A DNA stretch of 64,000 nt from Candidatus Zambryskiibacteriota bacterium (GCA_026394775.1 JAPLZY010000008.1:53367-117366), one strand, 5' to 3'; positions 1 to 11,234 are shown, numbered from the stretch's first letter. Notes: generated by a model from the sequence alone, not told the origin. Translations and numbers: made by a program.

Positions 1-2454
1 CCTAGGGTGTCTATCAACTGCATACCGACACATAACTACACTCTCTCACTCGTTCATCGAGAAGAGGATGTGGTTTCCTTTAGTTACGGAGTTGTGGATC
101 GGCAGTACTGTGTTAACGGTGTAGTTTCGTTTAATGGGTTTAATATAAATAATCTTCTGGTAACTCATGTGGATTCGTCTTGGTGGAACCATGTTCGTAC
201 ACCTCTTGAGTATGTTATAAAAGACACAACTACTCATTATTATAACGTATGTGACGAAGATCGTTGTGATCTTGTAAATCTAGATAGTTCTTCAAATAAT
301 TATGACAAAAGCGTATATTTAGCTTCATCAACAGTGTGGACTACAGTAGGAAAAGGCCCTGTGTTTACAACAGATGATAATGTGACTTGGAAAAATGTGA
401 AAGATGTCGCGCCTGCGCCTTATGGTCTTTCCAATGTTCTTTTTCTTCCAGGTTTTGAGGCAAGTCGGCTCTATAGAACAAGAAGTCTGACATGTCAGAT
501 TAATTGTGAAGATCAGTTGTGGGAATCAAACAAAAAATCCGACGTTGAAGATTTGTACCTAAACTCCGATGGAACAAGTAAGAAAACAGATATCTATACA
601 CGTGACGCAATTAGTGAGACAAATACGCCAGTACCCAGTGGCTTTGCCGGACAAAATATCTATAAAAGTTTCTTTAAAACACTCGATGACCTGACCGACC
701 CAGCGCTACCAAAGAGAATGGCCCGATGGGAAACATATGCTTATGACTGGCGACAAAGTGTTGATGATATTGTTGAGAATGGTACTCGATATAAAGGTGG
801 TAAAAAGTCTTTGGTTGCAACTTTAGAAAATCTCGTCGCTTCTTCGACAAGCGGGAAAGTAACTATCATTGCTCATAGTAACGGAGGACTTTTGGCAAAA
901 GCATTGATGGTAAAACTACAAGCAATGAAAAATGCAGGAACAAGTGACTTGATCGATAAAATTGATGTACTTGTGCTAGTGGCAAGTCCTCAGATAGGTA
1001 CAGCAGTAGCGGTACCTGCAGTGCTTCATGGGTATGACCAGAGAATAGGTGGAGGGCTACTTATGGACGAAGAACATGCTCGAGAGTTGGGGCGCAATAT
1101 GCCGGGGGCATATGGACTCCTACCTTCTAGGGAATATATAAATAGGATAGATATTGCCCCTGTAACTTTTATTGGTTCTGGTCTACCTGGTGCGGTAACC
1201 ACTCCTTTTATACAGGCATATGGGTCTACTACAGATTCATACTCTGAGTATAGAAGTTTTCTTTTGGGACAAGAGGGTAGAGTGAATCCTTTGTCATCTC
1301 TGACAAAGTTACCAATCAACCTTTCAGAAACATTGCTCGCTAAAAGTGAAACAATGCATACAAGTATTGACTACTGGGTGCCACCAACGACTATGCGTGT
1401 GGTGCAAGTTGCAGGATGGGGACTCGATACGGTAGCAAGTCTCAGTTATGTTCCAAAATATTCACAAGTGTGCAATGGGGTCGGCTTATTTAATTGTTAT
1501 GTTCTTGATGAAAAACCTATCTTTACAATAGATGGTGACAAGACAGTGGTAGAGCCGAGTGCACATTATATGGGAGGGGAGAAGTATTGGGTGAATTTTG
1601 AACGTTATAATGGTCAAATTTTAGGAGGATTTAGGTATAACAGAGAGCATAAAGATATTTTAGAAATCAATTCACTGAATAATCTAATTAAATCAGTTAT
1701 GCAAAAGACAGAGATTGTTTTCGATGCTGTTTTAAAAAATACAAAACCAGTTGATTCTAAAAACCGACTCCGTGTCAGTATTCACTCACCAGTATCGATT
1801 GGAGCCTATGATTCATTCGGTAATTTTACGGGTAAAATCTGTTCAGATACAGAAGATTTCTGCTATATTCAAGAAGATATTCCAAACAGCTCGTATCTTG
1901 AATTTGGAGAAGGGAAGTATGTAAATATGCCTGAAGAAGATATACAAAAAATAGTACTTCAGGGCACCGGTAGTGGAACCTTCACATTTATTTCTGAAAA
2001 AGTCGCACCTACAGGGGAAACCAGCATCTCCACATTTACAGATATTCCGGTGACCACTCAAACCCAAGGAGAAGTAGTGCTAAACACTGTAACTCAGGCC
2101 CCAGAACTCAAACTCGACGTCACAGGAGATGGTACTACTGACTTTACTCTCGCCCCTACAGTAGAGTTTGATCCAATTACTTTTCTTCAAATCATGAAGA
2201 CAACCATAAACTCTTTTGATATCAAACCGGCTCGAAAGACTACACTTTCAAAACGAATTGATGGTATTATTAAATCAATACAAAAAGGGAAGATATCCAA
2301 AGCACAGCTGAAAGCAGAGCGTTTCCAGAGTGTACTTAAGGTAAAGGTGGCAAAACCTCTTCCTAAGAAACCAAAACCACAGAGATTCACCAATGCAGAT
2401 GCAGAAGTATTGATTGGAATGCTTGAAACTTTATTAAATAATTTAGAGAAATAG
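1..2454 (+). CDS. LCAT/PGAP1-like alpha/beta-hydrolase (phospholipase/acyltransferase) with large C-terminal extension, probably 5'-truncated by the window edge
   Basis: Open frame runs to position 1 without a stop. Nucleophile elbow IIAHSNGGLL and the YAYDWRQS motif are characteristic of the LCAT/PDAT family (YDWR). Length is 815+ aa. Confidence 0.55.
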   Translation, partial: PRVSINCIPTHNYTLSLVHREEDVVSFSYGVVDRQYCVNGVVSFNGFNINNLLVTHVDSSWWNHVRTPLEYVIKDTTTHYYNVCDEDRCDLVNLDSSSNNYDKSVYLASSTVWTTVGKGPVFTTDDNVTWKNVKDVAPAPYGLSNVLFLPGFEASRLYRTRSLTCQINCEDQLWESNKKSDVEDLYLNSDGTSKKTDIYTRDAISETNTPVPSGFAGQNIYKSFFKTLDDLTDPALPKRMARWETYAYDWRQSVDDIVENGTRYKGGKKSLVATLENLVASSTSGKVTIIAHSNGGLLAKALMVKLQAMKNAGTSDLIDKIDVLVLVASPQIGTAVAVPAVLHGYDQRIGGGLLMDEEHARELGRNMPGAYGLLPSREYINRIDIAPVTFIGSGLPGAVTTPFIQAYGSTTDSYSEYRSFLLGQEGRVNPLSSLTKLPINLSETLLAKSETMHTSIDYWVPPTTMRVVQVAGWGLDTVASLSYVPKYSQVCNGVGLFNCYVLDEKPIFTIDGDKTVVEPSAHYMGGEKYWVNFERYNGQILGGFRYNREHKDILEINSLNNLIKSVMQKTEIVFDAVLKNTKPVDSKNRLRVSIHSPVSIGAYDSFGNFTGKICSDTEDFCYIQEDIPNSSYLEFGEGKYVNMPEEDIQKIVLQGTGSGTFTFISEKVAPTGETSISTFTDIPVTTQTQGEVVLNTVTQAPELKLDVTGDGTTDFTLAPTVEFDPITFLQIMKTTINSFDIKPARKTTLSKRIDGIIKSIQKGKISKAQLKAERFQSVLKVKVAKPLPKKPKPQRFTNADAEVLIGMLETLLNNLEK

Positions 2455-2455
2455 A

Positions 2456-2830
2456 ATGAAAAAGAAAACAAGTTTACTCGTACTAGTCTTATTGGTAGTT
2501 AATTTCTTATTGTTTCTTCCTTGTGACAAAGATTTGTATTGTGAGGGGTATTTGGCCAATGGTGCCCAGTACCCATTCCTATGGTTTCTAATTTTACTAC
2601 CGCTCAGTTTATTCGCTTTAACCCTTAATGATCAAAAATATAAGTTCTGGCTTAAGTTTACAGGAGTGTTTTTTTTGGTGGGAATGTTTTTTGTTCTAAT
2701 TTCACCAGAAACAGCTCGGGGTATTATGTTGAATCCTGATAAGGAATCAACAAACTGGTTCTTTGCTGGGTTTTACTCTTTTGTTTCCATAATCTACTTT
2801 ATTACTCAATTTGTGAAAAATAGAAGATAA
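2456..2830 (+). CDS. small integral membrane protein (hypothetical)
   Basis: 124 aa ORF with 3-4 hydrophobic helices, tightly following the upstream gene. Confidence 0.4.
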   Translation: MKKKTSLLVLVLLVVNFLLFLPCDKDLYCEGYLANGAQYPFLWFLILLPLSLFALTLNDQKYKFWLKFTGVFFLVGMFFVLISPETARGIMLNPDKESTNWFFAGFYSFVSIIYFITQFVKNRR

Positions 2831-2845
2831 GCATATTATTACTCC

Positions 2846-3004
2846 ATGAAAGAATACGTAGATGAAAAATTTTGGCGGATGTTTTCTGGGTTTGTTACCT
2901 TACTTGTAGTGAGTGTTATTTTTCTTATTGCCATAAAGATACATAAGAATAGTAAATCGGTGCCCGTAGAAACCACCGCTTCTGTTATAAACTATAACCA
3001 ATAG
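2846..3004 (+). CDS. possible 52-aa membrane micro-protein
   Basis: ATG-initiated ORF MKEYVDEKFWRMFSGFVTLLVVSVIFLIAIK... with one TM helix. It is below the ORF-track cutoff. Confidence 0.2.
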   Translation: MKEYVDEKFWRMFSGFVTLLVVSVIFLIAIKIHKNSKSVPVETTASVINYNQ

Positions 3005-3037
3005 CTTGCACCCAAACCTCGTACGAGGTTTTGTTGT

Positions 3038-3751
3038 ATGAAAATATTATATATAGCATGTATTGCTCTCCTGTGTTGTGTCGGATTTTGCGCAAGTGTT
3101 TTTGCTGAGGTCAGTCAGTTTACTTTTGTCACAAAAGAACAGGTAGTAGCTCCGCAGAGTATTTCAGGACCACTGACAATACAGTCGCAAAGCAGTGGAG
3201 GGGTAGGTGAGTCTGTGGTTGAAACAATGGACATGTTTTTCCAGAGTTCATCGGCTACGGGGAAGTTTTTAGGGAGCTCTGGTAAGACAGCTTCTAAAAC
3301 TATGTCAAAAAATACGAGCAACCGTACTTTTTATTACACTGACCCGACTCTTGGTAAGCACACAATAACAGTGAAGGTTATGGGTCGGACATCTAAAAAA
3401 TCTTACACTACTACACAAAGTATATTTATCGGCATACCTTCGGCGACTGTGCAGACAACAGTCTTACCTAGCGTTTCAAAAAAAGAAGTACTTAAAGAAA
3501 GTAAGAAGGTTTTAGTAAAGGTACCCCAAAAGCCTGTTTCTAAAAGTTATCCTGTAGATATAAAAAATACTATCTCGAAAACCGAAGTTTCGGATGCGGT
3601 GCCGATAAGTAGTTCAACTGTACCAGAAATCCATGCCACAACTTCAAGTATTGTTGCAAATGTGCAGTACAGTACACAAAACCCCTCAGCCCTCGAATCC
3701 ATGCTTTGGCTGCCTCGTAAAATATGGAGCACTCTCTTGAGGATATTTTGA
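3038..3751 (+). CDS. secreted Ser/Thr-rich protein (hypothetical)
   Basis: N-terminal signal peptide MKILYIACIALLCCVGFCASVFA. The rest is low complexity and S/T/V-rich. Confidence 0.5.
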   Translation: MKILYIACIALLCCVGFCASVFAEVSQFTFVTKEQVVAPQSISGPLTIQSQSSGGVGESVVETMDMFFQSSSATGKFLGSSGKTASKTMSKNTSNRTFYYTDPTLGKHTITVKVMGRTSKKSYTTTQSIFIGIPSATVQTTVLPSVSKKEVLKESKKVLVKVPQKPVSKSYPVDIKNTISKTEVSDAVPISSSTVPEIHATTSSIVANVQYSTQNPSALESMLWLPRKIWSTLLRIF

Positions 3752-3775
3752 CATTTTGTTGTATTTTGGTATAGT
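3748..3775 (+). promoter_or_regulatory. sigma70-like promoter TTGACA-16-TATAGT for rplJL
   Basis: ttgaca at 3748-3753 and tatagt at 3770-3775, about 190 nt upstream of rplJ. Confidence 0.4.
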
Positions 3776-3961
3776 GGTCTTCATAAGGTCAGAGACAGTA
3801 TGGTGGCGAAAGCCTTAATCAAACCCTAAACCTTTGCTTTACTAAGCAAAGGTCGGGCGAACAATTTTACTAAATTGTTCTAGCCTGCCGAGACAAACGT
3901 GCTTTATGCACTTTTCTCCTAAACCTTGGGTCGTATTACTAGATCGTTTAAAAAATAAAAT
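3776..3961 (+). promoter_or_regulatory. structured 5' leader of rplJ (candidate L10(L12)4 autoregulatory leader)
   Basis: 190-nt untranslated region with hairpins (for example gaacaattt-actaa-aattgttc at 3859-3881) directly upstream of rplJ. Position matches the bacterial L10 leader. Confidence 0.3.
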
Positions 3962-4450
3962 ATGGCTATTTCAAAAGAAAAAAAGTCAGGGATTCTTGAT
4001 AATCTTAAAAAGATTGTAAAAGAATCAAAATCTCTCGTGTTTTTAAATTTCAAAGGTTTGCCGGTTTCGGACACCAGTGAGATCAGAAAGACGCTTCGAG
4101 AAAAAGGTGTGGGCTACATGGTGGCAAAGAAAACTCTTTCAAAGAGAGCTTTGACAGAAGGTGGTGTCACAGGAGAGATGCCTGTTATGCCAGGCGAGTT
4201 TGCAATGGTATACGGGACAGATCTTTTAGATCCTGCTCGTGAAATCTTCACTTTCCAAAAAAAGTTTGATAAGAAGATTCAGATAGTGGGAGGAGTGTTC
4301 GAAGGGAAGTTTATGGACCAGTCTCAAATGACTATGGTTGCAAATATTCCTGGTATGAAAACTCTTCAGGCTCAGTTTGTTAATCTTATTAACTCTCCGA
4401 TCCAGCGCTTCGTAGTGGCACTCGGACAAATAGCAGAAAAGAAAAGTTAA
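3962..4450 (+). CDS. rplJ: 50S ribosomal protein L10
   Basis: MAISKEKK...VFLNFKGL..VAKKTLSKRAL is a typical uL10 sequence. It is followed by rplL. Confidence 0.9.
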   Translation: MAISKEKKSGILDNLKKIVKESKSLVFLNFKGLPVSDTSEIRKTLREKGVGYMVAKKTLSKRALTEGGVTGEMPVMPGEFAMVYGTDLLDPAREIFTFQKKFDKKIQIVGGVFEGKFMDQSQMTMVANIPGMKTLQAQFVNLINSPIQRFVVALGQIAEKKS

Positions 4451-4570
4451 ACATGTGAATATGCGAATGTACGAATAATGGGAATGGTTACAAATAAAAA
4501 ACCACAAGCATTCATTCGGAAACATTCGTATATTCGGAAATTATTCGTATATTTGTATAAACTAAAAATT

Positions 4571-4969
4571 ATGGAAACAGAAAATACAGTAGTTGCTACT
4601 CCTGCGAAGTTTAAATCTATCGTAGAAGCAATCGAAACAATGTCAGTGCTTGATCTTCATGAGTTGGTAAAACACCTTGAAGAAAAGTTTGGTGTATCAG
4701 CAGCAGCAGTTGCAGCAGCTCCAGCAGCGGGCGCAGGTGCGGGTGCAGCAGAAGAGAAATCTTCATTTGATGTAGAACTTACCGACGGTGGTGCTACAAA
4801 GATTGCAGTTATCAAGGTTGTAAAAGAAGCTCTTGCTCTTGGATTGAAAGAAGCAAAAGACCTTGTAGATGCAGCGCCAGCTATGCTTAAGACAGGTATG
4901 AAGAAAGAAGATGCAGATGCTCTTAAAGCAGCTGTAGAAGGTGCAGGAGGAAAAGTTACTTTCAAGTAA
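4571..4969 (+). CDS. rplL: 50S ribosomal protein L7/L12
   Basis: [42 protein letters not shown], then an Ala/Gly hinge, then the C-terminal domain KEAKDLVD...GGKVTFK. The ATG at 4571 is in frame with track ORF 4478. Confidence 0.9.
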   Translation: METENTVVATPAKFKSIVEAIETMSVLDLHELVKHLEEKFGVSAAAVAAAPAAGAGAGAAEEKSSFDVELTDGGATKIAVIKVVKEALALGLKEAKDLVDAAPAMLKTGMKKEDADALKAAVEGAGGKVTFK

Positions 4970-4999
4970 TTCACCAAATAAACTCAAAAACAGAAAAAC

Positions 5000-5029
5000 A
5001 GGATGCTCTAAGAGCATCCTGTTTTTTTA
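5000..5029 (+). terminator. rho-independent terminator of rplJL
   Basis: Hairpin aggatgctct-a-agagcatcct followed by TTTTTTT. Confidence 0.8.
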
Positions 5030-5075
5030 TATTTGTCAATTATCAGAACCACCTCAACCTGCTATAATCACCCAT

Positions 5076-5687
5076 ATGGAAATATTGTCAAAACTCTTCG
5101 GCTCAGAAGCTCGTGTGAAAATCATGCGCCTTTTTTTGTTCAATCCTGACATCGTCTATGAAGTAAACAATATTGCAGAGCGAGTAAAAGAAGATCCTGT
5201 TCGTGTCCGCAAGGAACTCAATGCTCTTGAAAAAATATCCCTGATCAAACGAAAGGTTGTTGCAAAGATTCCGGTCAAACATGGCAAAAAAACAGAGATG
5301 CGTGTCACTGCATATGGCTATCATCTGAATCGGAATTTTTCATACATGGCACCACTTCAAAATTTTCTCATAAATGCAAAACCACTTCAGCCAAAAGAAA
5401 TAGTAAAAAAAATAACACAACTTGGTACAGTAAAACTTCTTGTTATTTCCGGTGTGTTTATCCAGGACTCTGAGAGTCGAGTCGATTTGCTTGTAGTGGG
5501 GGATAATATTAAAAAAACTCAGTTGGAAAATGTCGTAAAGACACTTGAAGCTGAGATCGGTAAAGAGCTCAAGTACGCCTACTTTACAACAACAGATTTT
5601 ATCTACCGTCTCTCTATGTACGACAAGCTAATTCGCGATATATTGGATTATCCACATGACAAGATTATCAACAAGCTTGGTCTCTAA
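5076..5687 (+). CDS. hypothetical protein with N-terminal winged-helix-like region
   Basis: ATG at 5076 is preceded by TATAAT (5063-5068). The track ORF 4941 is an upstream extension overlapping rplL. No confident family assignment. Confidence 0.45.
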   Translation: MEILSKLFGSEARVKIMRLFLFNPDIVYEVNNIAERVKEDPVRVRKELNALEKISLIKRKVVAKIPVKHGKKTEMRVTAYGYHLNRNFSYMAPLQNFLINAKPLQPKEIVKKITQLGTVKLLVISGVFIQDSESRVDLLVVGDNIKKTQLENVVKTLEAEIGKELKYAYFTTTDFIYRLSMYDKLIRDILDYPHDKIINKLGL

Positions 5688-5736
5688 ATTTCGTGATAAT
5701 ATGAGTGTATTAGAAAATATTAACTAACACTATATT

Positions 5737-6426
5737 ATGATGTTTCAATCGTGGGGAGGTGTGCTTGAGACTTCCTTTCAAAGTTTGTGGTCAGGTATTC
5801 TTTTATTCATTCCAAATCTCATTGTCGCATTAGTGATCTTGGGTCTTGGTTGGGCGATCGGTGCATTGGTAGGAAAAGCTGTCACCAAATTTCTCGATGC
5901 TGTGCATTTTGATGAGGCGTTGCGAAAAACTGGTTTTGAAAATGTTGTGAAGAAAGCTGGGCTTGAGCTTCGAGCATCTCATTTTGTGGGGTGGCTTATC
6001 AAGACAGTTATTATAATTATTTTCCTTATCGCAAGCTTCGATGTGCTTGGTCTTGTGCAGGTAACACAGTTCTTGAGTCAGGTGGTGCTTGGGTATCTTC
6101 CACAGCTCATTGTTGCAGTCCTTATCCTTTTGATCGGAGTAGTAGTAGGAGATGCGATTGAGCGGATCGTGGTAGCATCTTCTCGAACCGCTGGTCTTAC
6201 TTCTTCAGCAATACTTGGAAAGGTTTCAAAGTGGGCAATTTGGATTTTTGCAATTCTCGTTGCGCTTTCTCAGATGGGTATTGCGGGTGCATTTATTCAG
6301 ACACTCTTTACTGGTTTTGTGGTAGCGGTTTCTTTGGCACTCGGACTCGCATTTGGTCTTGGAGGACAGGAGGCAGCGGCGGATGCTATTAAGAAGGTAC
6401 GAGAGGAGATTAAAGAACGACGATAG
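5737..6426 (+). CDS. integral membrane protein (hypothetical, internally repeated)
   Basis: 229 aa with 5-6 TM helices and an internally duplicated architecture. Confidence 0.5.
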   Translation: MMFQSWGGVLETSFQSLWSGILLFIPNLIVALVILGLGWAIGALVGKAVTKFLDAVHFDEALRKTGFENVVKKAGLELRASHFVGWLIKTVIIIIFLIASFDVLGLVQVTQFLSQVVLGYLPQLIVAVLILLIGVVVGDAIERIVVASSRTAGLTSSAILGKVSKWAIWIFAILVALSQMGIAGAFIQTLFTGFVVAVSLALGLAFGLGGQEAAADAIKKVREEIKERR

Positions 6427-6471
6427 CTCGCCTCTCCGGCGAGTCTGCCGATGAGGCAGAAAGCATAAAAA

Positions 6472-6497
6472 ACCACCCTAAAAAGGGTGGTTTTTTG
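6472..6497 (+). terminator. rho-independent terminator
   Basis: ccaccct-aaaa-agggtgg followed by TTTTTT. Confidence 0.75.
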
Positions 6498-6547
6498 GTA
6501 CCCAAAAAAGCCCCTGAAAACCCTTTAAAAATAAGGGGAAAAGTCTG

Positions 6548-6576
6548 TTGACAGGGGAGGTGGTCTCGTATATACT
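6548..6576 (+). promoter_or_regulatory. 23S-5S rRNA promoter TTGACA-17-TATACT
   Basis: Consensus -35 and -10 hexamers with 17-nt spacer, about 280 nt upstream of the 23S 5' end. Confidence 0.6.
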
Positions 6577-7132
6577 AGCTTCATTCGGTATGAAAAAAAC
6601 ATTAGATTTAAAAAGCGGCGTTTGAGATAACAAGCTTAATTGATTGTTACCTGGACTCCGCTTTGTGCGGATTTTTTGTTTCTCGGCCTGGCTCGATATT
6701 TGACAACTTAATTCCGCCACTTACTACTGACCAATGATGGGTCTTTTCGGGTGGGTAGGCGGAGCAATACAATGTTACTAACATCGAATAGATATTAGAT
6801 AACAGAGTATGAATGTAAGAAATATAATTGTGGTTTTTAAATTTCCTAATGGGAAATTTAAGAGCATATGGTGGATGCCTAGACTCTAAAGGGCGATGAA
6901 AGACGCGGCATGGTGGCGATACGTTTCGGGGAGGTACCTAGCAACCTTTGATCCGGAAATCTCTGAATGGGGGAACCCAACAGCTTTTGCTGTTACTCTA
7001 CAAATTATGTAGAGCGCACACCCAGGGAAGTAAAACATTTCAGTACCTGGAGGAAAAGAAAACAATGTTCGTAAGAACGACATTTCGTTAGTAGCGGCGA
7101 GCGAACACGAATGAGCCCAAACCGGCACATCA

Positions 7133-7244
7133 CATTGAGCACGGGGAAAATTTTAAATTTAAAATTCTAAATTTCAAAACAAAATGCATGTGCATCCGTT
7201 TTAAAATTTGAAATTAGAAATTTGAAATTCATCCCGCTCTTAGC
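7133..7244 (+). repeat. AT-rich imperfect palindrome inserted in 23S domain I (helix 9-type IVS/expansion)
   Basis: gaaaattttaaatttaaaattctaaatttcaaaac ... gttttaaaatttgaaattagaaatttgaaattc forms a long hairpin. It is closed by ccggcacatcac/gtgatgtgccgg. Confidence 0.55.
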
Positions 7245-7466
7245 GTGATGTGCCGGGGTTGTAAGGTAACAACGTCAAATTTATTTGAGAGAAGTTAAAA
7301 AATAGTATGTTAATGGAATGCACTGGAAAGTGCGACCCTAGAGGGTAATAGTCCCGTACATGAAAATATACTATCTTCTTTGTTGTTATTCTTGAGTACC
7401 TCGAGACATGAATAGCTCGGGGGAATCTGCCGGTACTAACCGGTAAGGCTAAATACTTTTAGAGAT

Positions 7467-7505
<39 letters not shown>

Positions 7506-8922
7506 GTCCGAGAGGACGGTGAAATAGACCTGAAACCATATGCTTACAAGGAGTCGGAGCGGGCAGCAATGTCCCGTCACGGCGTGCCTATTGAAGAATG
7601 AGCCAACGAGTTGATGGATGCAGCAAGGCTAAGTCCTTTACCGGACGGAGTCGTAGGGAAACCGAGTGTGAATAGCGCGTTAAGTTGTATGCATCAGACC
7701 CGAAGCCAGAGCGAGCTTACCATGAGCAGGGTGAACTTTGTCGAAAGATGAAGGGAGGCCCGAACAGTTTAGCCGTGCAATACTATCTGATGACTTGTGG
7801 TAAGAAGTGAAAAGCTAATCGAGCCTGGTAATAGCTGGTTCTCTCCGAAATAGCTTTTGGGCTAGCGTTAGGTGATCCCTTCCGGGGTAGAGCACTGGAA
7901 GGACTCAACAGGGAGCAATCTCGTGAGTCCTATCAAACTCCGAATACGGAAGATTACAGCCTAGCAGTTAGACGGTGGGGGCTAAGCTCCATACGTCAAA
8001 AGGGAAACAGCCCTGATCTCTATTTAAGGTCCCTAAATCTATGTTAAGTACACTTAAGGTGGTGGATTTTCTTTGACACTGAGGAGGTTGGCTTAGAAGC
8101 AGCCATCCTTTAAAGATAGCGTAACAGCTCACTCAGTAAGAGAATCTGCGCCGCAAATAATCGGGGTTAAACATAGTACCGAAACTGAGGGTTTGTATTT
8201 GTTTTTACAAGTACAAGCGGTAGGAGAGTATTCGTATCTGCGCTGAAGCCAAAGGGGTGACCCATGGTGGAGCGATGCGAAGTAAGAATGTTGGCACAAG
8301 TAACCACAATGCAGGTGAAATCCCTGCACGCCGAAAGACTAAGGTTTCCTGTTCAATGTTAATCAGAGCAGGGTTAGTCGGGCCTAAGGAAATGGAGAGA
8401 TCCGCATCCGATGGACATGAGGTTAATATTCCTCAACTTTTATGTAATGCGATGGAAGGACGGAGTGCTGTATGTAGGGCTCATTATTGGATTTGAGTCA
8501 CTGTCGTGAGAATGTGTCCCAGGTAAATCCGGGCACTCACTTTAATGTGGTATTCGAGCGGTTGCGAAACCTTGCGATTCGTCAAGAGGGATTCTACAAA
8601 GCGCGCTTCCAAGAAAAGTTTCTAAGCTTAAGTACATAAGAACCGTACCGTAAACCGACACAGGTAGTCAGGTCGAGTAGACCAAGGCGAACGAGTGAGA
8701 GATCCCCAAGGAACTCGGCAAAAAAGCAGCCGTAACTTCGGAATAAGGCTTGCCCACTTTAATGTGGGCCGCAGCTAAAGTATTTCTGGCAACTGTTTAT
8801 CAAAAACACAGCTCCCTGCGAACTCGTAAGAGGATGTATAGGGGGTGACACCTGACCAATGCCAGAAGGTCAAATATGGGAGCTAAATGTCGCAAGACGC
8901 TAGGTTGACTGTATAAGCCCTG

Positions 8923-9416
<494 letters not shown>

Positions 9417-9955
9417 GCGCACGAATGGTGTAATGACTGGAAAACTGTCTCGGGGATTTGCTCGGTGAAAATACAATACCGGTGAAGATGCCGGTTACCT
9501 GCAGTTAGACGAAAAGACCCCAGGAGCTTTACTGCATCTTGATATTGAGAATATGACTTGCATGCGTAGCATAGTGGTGAGGATTTGAAGGGCACTCCCG
9601 GGTAGCCTGGATCCGTCAGTGAAATAGCCATCTTGTTTGTTATATTTTCTAACCTCGGCGGAAAAAACGACGAGAGACAGTGTCTGGTGGGCAGTTTTAG
9701 TGGGGCGCTATCCTCCTAAAAAGTAACGGAGGAGTTTATTAAGGTCAGCTAGCCGTGAATGGAAACCATGGCGATAGTGTAATGGCACAAGCTGGCTTAA
9801 CTGTGAGACGTACATGTCAAACAGATGCGAAAGCAGAACATAGTGAACCGACGGTCCGTGTTAGAGGCGGCCGGAGATTATCGGATAAAAGCTACCCTGG
9901 GGATAACAGGCTGGTTGTGCCTAAGCGTCCAAAGCGACGGCACAGTTCGGCACCT

Positions 9956-10801
9956 TAACTCTCAATGTAAAAATTGGGAAACATCGGGGTGCCTATGGGA
10001 GTAATTCCATACAAAAAATATTTGGCTTATAACGGTGGACTCCATATACAAGCGTTGTATCAGAAATGGTATAATTAAAACAATATGGACAATACCGCGG
10101 GAAGTTTAACTCAATTACAGAAGTCATTTGTTATTGGAACTCTTTTGGGAGACGGATATATTCGTCAAGCAAAAGGGAGAAAAAACGCATTTCTTGAAGT
10201 AAATCATTCAATTACTCAAAAAGAGTATGTTGAATGGAAATATAGTATCTTGAAAAATTTGACACGAAGCGGTCCAAAATCTAGAAATGGAAATGGAACA
10301 CGCATCGCGTATAGATTTTTTACTAGACAGCATCCAGAATTTACTAAAATTATGGATTTGTTCTATAAAGATAGAAAGAAATGTATTCCTAATCTAAAAT
10401 TAGATCCTTTAATGGTGGCAGTATGGTTCATGGACGATGGAAGTAGATGTAATAAAGAAAATGTATACCTTAATACTCAACAATTTGCTAAAGAAGATCA
10501 GTATAAACTACTTGAATCTTTGAAAGAGATTGGTTTAGAGGGAACTCTGAACAAAGATAAAGAGTATTATCGCATTAGAATTAAAACATCAAGTATTCCT
10601 AAGTTGTTTGGAATAATAAAAGAATTTATTATTCCTTCCATGAGATATAAAATTGGGTTATGACCCTGTAGAGACTTGACCTGAAAGATGGTCAGAGTGT
10701 GAAGGAAAACTTCATGCTAACACGCCGAACTCCCTTTCATTTAGAGAAAGGGATGAAGATATAGTCCGATCCTTCTGGTAACAGAAGAAAAATACGACAC
10801 G
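9956..10801 (+). mobile_element. group I intron 2 in 23S (domain V, near E. coli position ~2500) carrying an intact LAGLIDADG HEG
   Basis: Exon GGCACCT|...|CGATGTCGGCTCATC. R-like gaccctgtagagacttgacc and S-like gatgaagatatagtcc elements are present. Confidence 0.75.
10085..10663 (+). CDS. LAGLIDADG homing endonuclease (double-motif, monomeric type)
   Basis: Motif 1 VIGTLLGDGYI and motif 2 VAVWFMDDGS, 192 aa, located inside the 23S intron. Confidence 0.85.
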   Translation: MDNTAGSLTQLQKSFVIGTLLGDGYIRQAKGRKNAFLEVNHSITQKEYVEWKYSILKNLTRSGPKSRNGNGTRIAYRFFTRQHPEFTKIMDLFYKDRKKCIPNLKLDPLMVAVWFMDDGSRCNKENVYLNTQQFAKEDQYKLLESLKEIGLEGTLNKDKEYYRIRIKTSSIPKLFGIIKEFIIPSMRYKIGL

Positions 10802-10896
10802 CGATGTCGGCTCATCTTATCCTGGGGGTGGAGAAGCTCCCAAGGGTTTGGCTGTTCGCCAATTAAAAAGATACGCGAGCTGGGTTCAGACCGTGG

Positions 10897-11234
10897 AGAC
10901 GAGAAACTTCGGTTTCAAGTCTCCACAATCTGAATCCTTAGAGGTTTTTTCGTTTGAAAAGGAAAAAGAAATGTAAGAAATTTCTTAAATATAAAAAGAG
11001 CTCGCCTCATCGGCGAGTCCGTCGAAGAGACGGAATAGGAACAATCACATCACGGCGGCATTTTATGGAAACATAAAATAGAGAAGCTGGGTATTTCGGT
11101 AGAATCCATTTCTAAGTGGACAATGCCGAGGGTGACTAATAATTTAGTTACTTGTAGAGACTACATACCAGCCATCCATGCAAATGGATGAGCGCATAGT
11201 CCGAACCTTCGAGTAATCGGAGTAACATAAGCGT
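10897..11234 (+). mobile_element. group I intron 3 in 23S at the I-CreI-type site (near E. coli 2593), ORF-less
   Basis: Exon GACCGTG|...|AGACAGGTTGGTCTCCTATCT (E. coli CGTCGTGAGACAGTTCGG). R-like cttgtagagactaca and S-like gcgcatagtccgaacc are present. Boundaries are ±3 nt. Confidence 0.65.

Noticed and set aside
4478-5075. N-terminal extensions proposed by the ORF track for rplL (from 4478) and for the downstream gene (from 4941, overlapping the rplL 3' end)
   Set aside because: Conserved protein N-termini and the promoter/terminator positions support the internal ATGs at 4571 and 5076.
6426-6445. The first hairpin after CDS 5737-6426 as its terminator
   Set aside because: It is a GC hairpin without a U-tract. 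The following hairpin at 6472-6497, which has TTTTTT, is the likelier terminator, so the first is reported instead as a repeated element.
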